This document shows, one piece after another, positions 57,057 to 64,000 of a stretch of DNA of 64,000 bases; the stretch's first letter is position 1, and each line of letters starts with the position of its first letter. Below the pieces are notes generated by a model. The model saw only the letters and a list, made by a program, of their open reading frames with translations. It searched no databases and was not told where the DNA came from. The DNA comes from the human T2T-CHM13v2.0 reference genome, Homo sapiens. A program made the translations under genes and the position numbers. The stretch lies in the NCBI RefSeq assembly GCF_009914755.1, contig NC_060947.1. One strand, 5' to 3'.

Positions 57057-57588
57057 TGGTGGGGTGTGGGGGGGGCAGTGACAGTACAGGGTAGGACAGC
57101 AAAGAATGTAGTAGTATAGTTTTAAAAGTATTGGAAGCAGAATCATAAATATCTAGGTTCAAAACATGCCTCTGACACCAATTAGCTTTGTGGACCTTAG
57201 GCATGTCACTACATCTTATGGAACTCCATTTTCTATACCATTAAAATGAGGGTGGTCATTAAATCTGCTTGGATAATTTTAGAGAGCTGTCTCAAGAATC
57301 AAAAGAAGTAATTCTGACAGCAAGTTATAAACTATAAAGAGCTCTGCAAAAAGGTATGGCATTTGTAATGATAGTGACCCAAAGAGGGAAGCAAACAAGT
57401 TCCCTGCACTACCAGCCCTGTTCTTGTCAAAAACGATGTAAGTCAAGTTGCTGCCAGATCAATTCCCATTCAGACCAGGACTTGGGACAGTGATCACACA
57501 CGTGATTTAGGACCTCAGTTTTCTGATCTTGCCTTAATCACTATCTCAGATCTAGTGCAGCCTCAGGGAAGTTAGATGTGAAGTTGAC

Positions 57589-57955
57589 TGTTATGGTCTG
57601 AATGTCTTTGTCCTCCAAAATTCATATATTAAACCTAATCCCCAATGTGACAGTATTAAGAGGTGGTGCCTTTGGCGGTGATTAGGTCATGAGGACTCCA
57701 CCCTCATAAACGGGATTAGTGCCCTTATAAAAAAGGCTTGAGGGAGCGTGTTCATCCTTTGCCCTTCTGCCATGTTAGTATGCAGCAAAAGGGTGCCATC
57801 TTTGAAGCAGAGAGCATGGCCTCACCAAACACTGACCATGCTGACATCTTGATCCTGGGCTTCTCAGCCTCTAGAACTGTAAGCAATAAATTATGTTGTT
57901 TGTAAATTACCCAATCCAAAGTATTTTGTTATAGCAGCCGGAACAGACTAAGACA
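57589..57955 (+). mobile_element. MaLR LTR (MLT1A/MSTD-like)
   Basis: tgttatggtctgaatg...gattaggtcatgagg...gggattagtgcccttataaaa...gttatagcagcc...gactaagaca. Confidence 0.85.
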
Positions 57956-59100
57956 TTGCTTCAACAGGAGCAGGACTTGAGTAAGGATTTGGAAAATGCC
58001 AATTCAAAAGTGAAACCTGGTTCAGAAAAATTTTGAGTCTTGACAAAATATCCTGGGACGATGGGGTGTGGCACAGGGATAATAGTTTGCCATTTACTAA
58101 TACAGTGAAGGAGAAAAATATGGTTTGTGGGGGTATTTTCCTATTTCCAGCTCTGAGTTTTACTTTATTCCAGAGAATGGTGACTTTCAAGTAAACACTC
58201 TAGTATTCCTCAAACTTCAGCTGCCAAGGATAGGCAGTAAATTGTATTGGGAATTTGTACAGCAACTTTTGTTTTTAAATGATCAAGTTAGGGAAAACTT
58301 TATATGCTGGGGCCAGTAAAGAAAGGGCTGGGAGCAGTGGCACATTACCACTTTGGGAGAATTCCGTTTGTCTAATTAGCCCAGGAACTCAGACTACTCT
58401 AAGTCTGAAAGTATATTTGTGTTGTGTGTATGTGTGATCATTTGTATGTTTTTATCTGTATATTCATGGATTTATATCTGTATGATAGTATGCTTCTGCC
58501 TGGTTCTTTTTGTTACCTTTTGTATGTGACTGAATCTGTATGTATGTCCTGTTAACATTTGAGTTTGTGTCTGTATGCACATACTTATCAGGGTTCTGGG
58601 ATTATTTTAAGACTTTGGTAATCTATGGACTCTTTCTTATAGGATAAGCCTGTGAACAAAAGGAGGTGCTTGTTCACTGAGAAAATTACAGGCTAGACTG
58701 GAATTTGCTCTGATATTTAAAGGCTGCCCCCTCAATCAATGCCTCCTTTCTATTCCCACACCAACAACGCATGCTACCTTCTGATTGTCCCCAACTCCTA
58801 CTCAGATCATTTTCCCACAGAGATAGGGTTCTGTTGAGGGATGATTGGGACAATTCCACACCTTTCTTTTGAGTGAGTGGAAGATGAGGTGTTACCAGAG
58901 CAGGGGGCTTTTTTCCCCATCCCAGCTTCCCTTCAGTTATTGAAGAATTGCAGTTCTGGCCTCAATTATTTTATGTTTACCTGCCTGGAGGTCTGCTTTC
59001 CATCCTTTTAGGCAAGTTTCAGAATGGGGCACAGAGACTGAAATTTTGGAGAAAGGCTTGCCTCCTTCAGAGAAAGTCTGTTGTTGTAGACTAGAAAGTA

Positions 59101-59147
59101 TTAGTTTGGTGCAAAAGTAATCGCGTTTTTTGCCATTGAAAGCAATG
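59101..59147. mobile_element. MADE1 (Hsmar1 MITE), one arm
   Basis: TA followed by ttagtttggtgcaaaagtaatcgcgttttttgccattgaaagcaatg. Confidence 0.85.
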
Positions 59148-59729
59148 AGATCTAGTAGTGAGAAATTGAATTAGTCAGCAATGCTCGTAGGCTACCTTGG
59201 AAACTCAGTCCTACTCCTGTGTTCCGATGAGAGGGCAGGGGTACTTCCCTAGGTGGGCCTCTGATTCGTTTATTCAGCAAATATTTGTGAAATACCTATT
59301 CTGCATAGCTCCAGCTCCAGGAGCAGAATTATCCTTTTGACAGGATCCTTTGAGAGATAATGGCTAGGAGCAACTTGTGGTAGGAATTGCAAACCAGGCC
59401 ATGGGGGAGAGCAGTGGACTTCAAGACCCCACAGGAAAGGTGGAACTCTGTGCAGTTCCTTAATCCCCAAAGATAAGACTGTTCAGAGGTCATGGTTCTG
59501 CTTTTCTTTCTGCTGTTGATTCCAAGTTGGTTACCCCATAATTGGTGAAACCTGTGGGTTCTGCCTTCCCTTTCGTCCCTCCCTTTTTCCCATGCTTCAA
59601 AGCCATTTTATGAAACTCCTCAGGAGCAACAGTACTTGAACCACAAGGTGCTTTTATGAACTGCAGCCACCCAGAGTCTGAATCCCGCCCTTCACTTCTG
59701 TTAATGCAGGGTTGAAAGTGGCTTTTTCT

Positions 59730-60545
59730 TTTTCTTTTTTTTTTAAATTTATTTATTTATTATTATTATACTTTAAGTTTTAGGGTACATGTGCACAATG
59801 TGCAGGTTAGTTACATATGTATACATGTGCCATGCTGGTGTGCTGCACCCACTAACTCGTCATCTAGCATTAGGTATATCTCCCAATGCTATCCCTCCCC
59901 CCTCCCCCCACCCCACAACAGTCCCCAGAGTGTGATGTTCCCCTTCCTGTGTCCATGTGTTCTCATTGCTCAATTCCCACCTATGAGTGAGAATACGCGG
60001 TGTTTGGTTTTTTGTTCCTGCGATAGTTTACTGAGAATGATGATTTCCAATTTCATCCATGTCCCTACAAAGGACATGAACTCATCATTTTTTATGGCTG
60101 CATAGTATTCCATGGTGTATATGTGCCACATTTTCTTAATCCAGTCTATCATTGTTGGACATCTGGGTTGGTTCCAAGTCTTTGCTATTGTGAATAATGC
60201 CGCAATAAACATACGTGTGCATGTGTCTTTACAGCAGCATGATTTATAGTCCTTTGGGTATATACCCAGTAATGGGATGGCTGAGTCAAATGGTATTTCT
60301 AGTTCTAGATCCCTGAGGAATTGCCATACTGACTTCCACAAGGGTTGAACTAGTTTACAGTCCCACCAACAGTGTAAAAGTGTTCTTATTTCTCCACATC
60401 CTCTCCAGCACCTGTTGTTTCCTGACTTTTTAATGATTGCCATTCTAACTGGTGTGAGATGGTATCTCATTGTGGTTTTGATTTGCATTTCTCTGATGGC
60501 CAGTGATGGTGAGCATTTTTTCATGTGTTTTACATTTATGCAGCC
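59730..60545 (-). mobile_element. 5'-truncated L1PA (L1PA2/3-like) with a 14-bp terminal inversion
   Basis: ORF2 C-terminus (HCWWDC...SLIGGN), 3'UTR and poly(T). TSD GAAAGTGGCTTTTTCT at 59714-59729 and 60546-60561. Confidence 0.96.
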
Positions 60546-61399
60546 GAAAGTGGCTTTTTCTGAGCCAGCTCCTGAGGAGTCAGAAACACCCACACTTGGG
60601 AGATAGGACACCTTGATTCTGGTTGAATCCTTGCTGCAGAGCCAGAAAAATGTAAGTATTTCCCTTTTCTAGCCATTGAAGAATTACATGTGAACAATCT
60701 TTAAGGCCTCTTCTGCTCTGGAATTCTATGATTACTTCTAAAAATGATTGCTTCAAGCCACTTCAATCTGCATTACCAAGTGCTAGAGACAACGTGGAAT
60801 AGATGTACTCTCTGAGAACTAAAGTTCTTGCCATTTACTTATAGATTTGAAAAGGAAAGGAGCTGACATTTATTAAGTGTATTATGAGCCAGGCACTCTC
60901 TTATATTGTCCATTATTATTTCAATAATAATTCATAACCTGAAGAAATTTGGGGAGGATAAAGTGAGTGCTTATGTGAAGCAGAGTACAATGCCTGGAAG
61001 GAAGTCTGCACTCAGTAAATGTCATTCTCTGGCTCCTCCTTCAGCTCCTCTTTTACCCAGCTCCCAGCCTTTAAAGAGATAAAGAAACAGAAGCTCAGAG
61101 GGATTATGTAACTGCCCAAAGTCACCCAGATTTTCAGCTGCAGGGGCCATGTGTATCCTGTTATATTACACTGCCTCTGCAATGTGAAGTCTATAGTTAT
61201 TGCCCCTATAGTTATTGTCCCTTGCTTGGAAACCTCCTACTTTCTGGCCCAGTTCCTCTTTGTGATCCAGGCCTGTGTTTGGGAAGTGGTCACCCAGAGA
61301 TTTCAGGTGCACCACACATTTCCCTCTGCAGTATTATAACTGGTCCCACAGAGCGTGAACACTCCATATAGACATTGTTAACTTCAGACTCTCATTCTT

Positions 61400-61734
61400 G
61401 GCCAACCATCCCTTAGGGCAGTCCTCTGCTCACCGAGGCAAGGGTTCTGTGGAAACTCTGCCCTCCAGCTCTGTTCCCCTGACACAGATATGGGAAGATG
61501 ACCATATGGGGGAAGAGCCAAGGGGTCATTTTCAAATAATAGAAAAGGTAAGTTTGCTTGCTCAGGATTGAATTCAGAAAATCATATCCTTGGCTGGCAG
61601 AATATTGAGCACTGGAGCAAGAGTGGAGGGTGTGGGAGTAGCTACGAGAAGAGATGAGGATGAACACTGACCCCAGCGAAGGAAGGAGGTAGGCTGGGAA
61701 TTGCCTACTGAGAGGTATTGTCATTGGCCCACAT
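61400..61734 (-). pseudogene. Possible heavily deleted olfactory receptor relic
   Basis: MWANDNTS (N-terminal sequon-like), YLLPSLGSVFILISSRSYSHTLH (TM1/LHT-like), LFPHMVIFPYL (TM6-like) and ALR near the end. Confidence 0.35.
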
Positions 61735-62309
61735 ATTAGTAGAGTTGAACAGGGGAAGTTGCTGAGCTGAATGACAGAGGACTGATCTTAAAGGCAACTT
61801 CATGCCTTGAAGATAATCTTCTTATGAAATCATTAAGTCCATTTGTTCTACATTAGGCTTTCCTGTGTTGCCCTTTATTTAGCAGAAGGTACCATGGAGT
61901 TCTATTTCTAGTAGTAAAGGTGATTTTGCATGGATCATGTCCCACTCTGGTCTAATACCCAGTGTGCATAGAATAATCCTGGGTTTAGGATGGCATCGAT
62001 GTATCTTTTGTATAAGATTAAGCAGGTGGTTCAGAAATGCTATTTCGTGGTAGCTAGACTTGGTGGTTTTTTGTGGTCCCTTCCATCTCCAGGGTTACTA
62101 GCATTTTTGAGCTCTCTTTCTTTCTCCCCCTACCCTCAGCCGCATTCTCCCTATCTCCTCCTTACACAGGGCACTTTCTCTCCTAGGCTACAGAGGGCAG
62201 TCCACCTAACAGAACCCTACTGCTGGGGACCAACAATCTGGGCTCCCTAGTGGTGTACAAGATGATCCAAAATCTATTGCTTTGCATACAGTAAAACATA
62301 GTTTGCCTT

Positions 62310-63790
62310 CTAGAAGTAGCACAATATTCTGGAAAGAGTGCAGGCTTTGAAGACAGACAAACTTAATTTTCAATCCAGATACTGCCATTTCCTAGCTCTA
62401 TGATGGCTAGCACAACAGTTGAACCTCCTTGAGCTCCATATCCTCATCTGCAAAATTGGGATAATCCTGGTTCTCATCTGCTAGTGGTGTTGTGAAGATT
62501 TACTGAGACAATTTATGGAAAGAATTTAGCTCAGTGCTTCACACAGAGTATGTGCTGAAGGCATGGTTCTTGAATGAACGAGTGAGTGCATATTGGTGTC
62601 ATTCTTTCCCTTCCTCCCTATGATGAAGTGCTGTTAAAAGGCTTCTGCTCTCCTTTAATTAAGTGGTAAGAGCATGGATATAGAATTCAGCCAATTCAGG
62701 GACTGCTGTGTGATCTTAGTTAGTAGTTAAAAAATTATCTGAGGCTCAGTCTCTTTATGCATGAAATCTGGATAACAAGGCCAAGTGTGCAGAGCTGTTG
62801 TGACGATTAAAGGAAACAATGTATGCGATAGCACAGGACCTGGAACGTGGTGCGTAATTGATAATGCCAGGTCCTTTACTCTGCCTACCCCTAGGCACTT
62901 TCATGTATGTGGGCTCATTTAGTTCTCAGAACAACCATATGAAATACGTATTATCATCATAATGAGATAATGTATGTGGAAGGCACCTAGTACAATATGA
63001 TGCAGGTGGTCAGTAAGTGTTTGTTTCCTTCCCTTTCTTTTTCTTCATTAAGACAATTATTATCCTGCCAACAATCGTGCTTTCGCATGAACTATGAATA
63101 TTTTAAAGAATGAGGTGCTAATCTTATATCGTTATCAATTTAGAAGGCAGTCTGGACCCCTGGCTTATAATCAAAATTATGTTGATTTTAATAAGATGAC
63201 AAAAGATCACAGAGTTTATAGATATAAAGTGCTTGCCTAATTCCTGCCTTGTTATGGTAAGTTATGAATAGATTAATTTGATATTTCAGAATGTAACAGT
63301 CATTAAGAAAGCATTTTCATGTAAGTTATAGTTTTACATATTAACGCCATACTTTCCTTAGCATCTAAAAGTACTGTTCTTTACTTACCATGAGAAGGAG
63401 AAAGTTTTGGATCTGTATTTGTAGAACTGGGGATTAGTTGGGGTTGAGTTCTTTTGACTTGAAACTGATCTCTTACCTGGTTTCACACCTTACCCTCTAT
63501 TATCTTCTATGTCATGTATTAGAATATGATTTAGAGAGGGCCAAAGAGTGGGTAATATTTGCAAGGCAGAGAGCTTTATGGTGAAATGAAATCTCATCTG
63601 ATCTATGAGCAAGTTACTTCACATCCTTTTTCCTTAGTTTCATTATTGGCAAAATAAGTATAATATTAACATTTACCTGACAGGGTTGCTTTGAGGATTA
63701 AATAGGATAAGTTATGAATAAATAAGTTAATTCATCTAAAGACTTTAACATAGAGTTCACTGTGTAGTGGACTCAATAAATGTTAACAGC
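62310..63790 (+). mobile_element. Several MIR fragments (~62310-62560, ~62670-62870, ~63580-63790)
   Basis: MIR core phrases (cctcatctgcaaaattgggataat, gttgtgacgattaaa, gggttgctttgaggattaaat). Confidence 0.7.
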
Positions 63791-64000
63791 TGGCACTGCT
63801 ATGGCCACCACCACCACCACTTCCACCACTACAATGATAATGATGTGACCATTATCTTCAAGCACTACAGAATGGTTAAGGAATTGGGTATTCTGTCTCA
63901 TGAGGTACTTCAGTTCTCTGAAGGGTAGGCTGAGAACTTTCTTAATTTCAACTCCCTTTTTAAAATCCCTCCAAGGGCTCTGTGTCCATATTGCTTGAGT

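Noticed and set aside
35370-59147. Two MADE1 halves as the ends of one 24-kb mariner transposon
   Set aside because: The arms face outward rather than enclosing the interval, and no transposase lies between them. They are independent truncated MITEs.
59970-60611. 213-aa ORF with a novel N-terminus fused to the L1 ORF2 C-domain
   Set aside because: It is a chance read-through from flank, TSD and the 14-nt inversion, uses a non-ATG start, and has no promoter evidence.

Overview
Primate, human-like genomic DNA with no intact protein-coding gene, no RNA gene and no CRISPR or other prokaryotic feature. Bases 1-~6675 are a large (TA)n/GGAA compound tandem array that runs off the left edge and ends in an old L1 endonuclease relic. 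The rest is mostly layered transposon debris: a full-length L1PA2-like element (20380-26419, -); an L1PA7-like element with a 3' internal deletion (27629-33010, -) inserted into an LTR16/ERV3-16A3-type ERVL provirus; a 5'-inverted L1PB carrying nested Alu and L1PA insertions; short L1PA 3' ends; old L1M elements; MaLR/MLT LTRs; L2, MIR and MADE1. The best non-TE signals are a decayed olfactory receptor pseudogene (~48426-48940, -), two weaker OR-like relics, and a ~430 bp polyadenylated, TSD-flanked non-TE retro-insertion (19125-19556). I found no defensible evidence for a wholly new biological system. Subfamily names come from recalled consensus sequences and need RepeatMasker confirmation.
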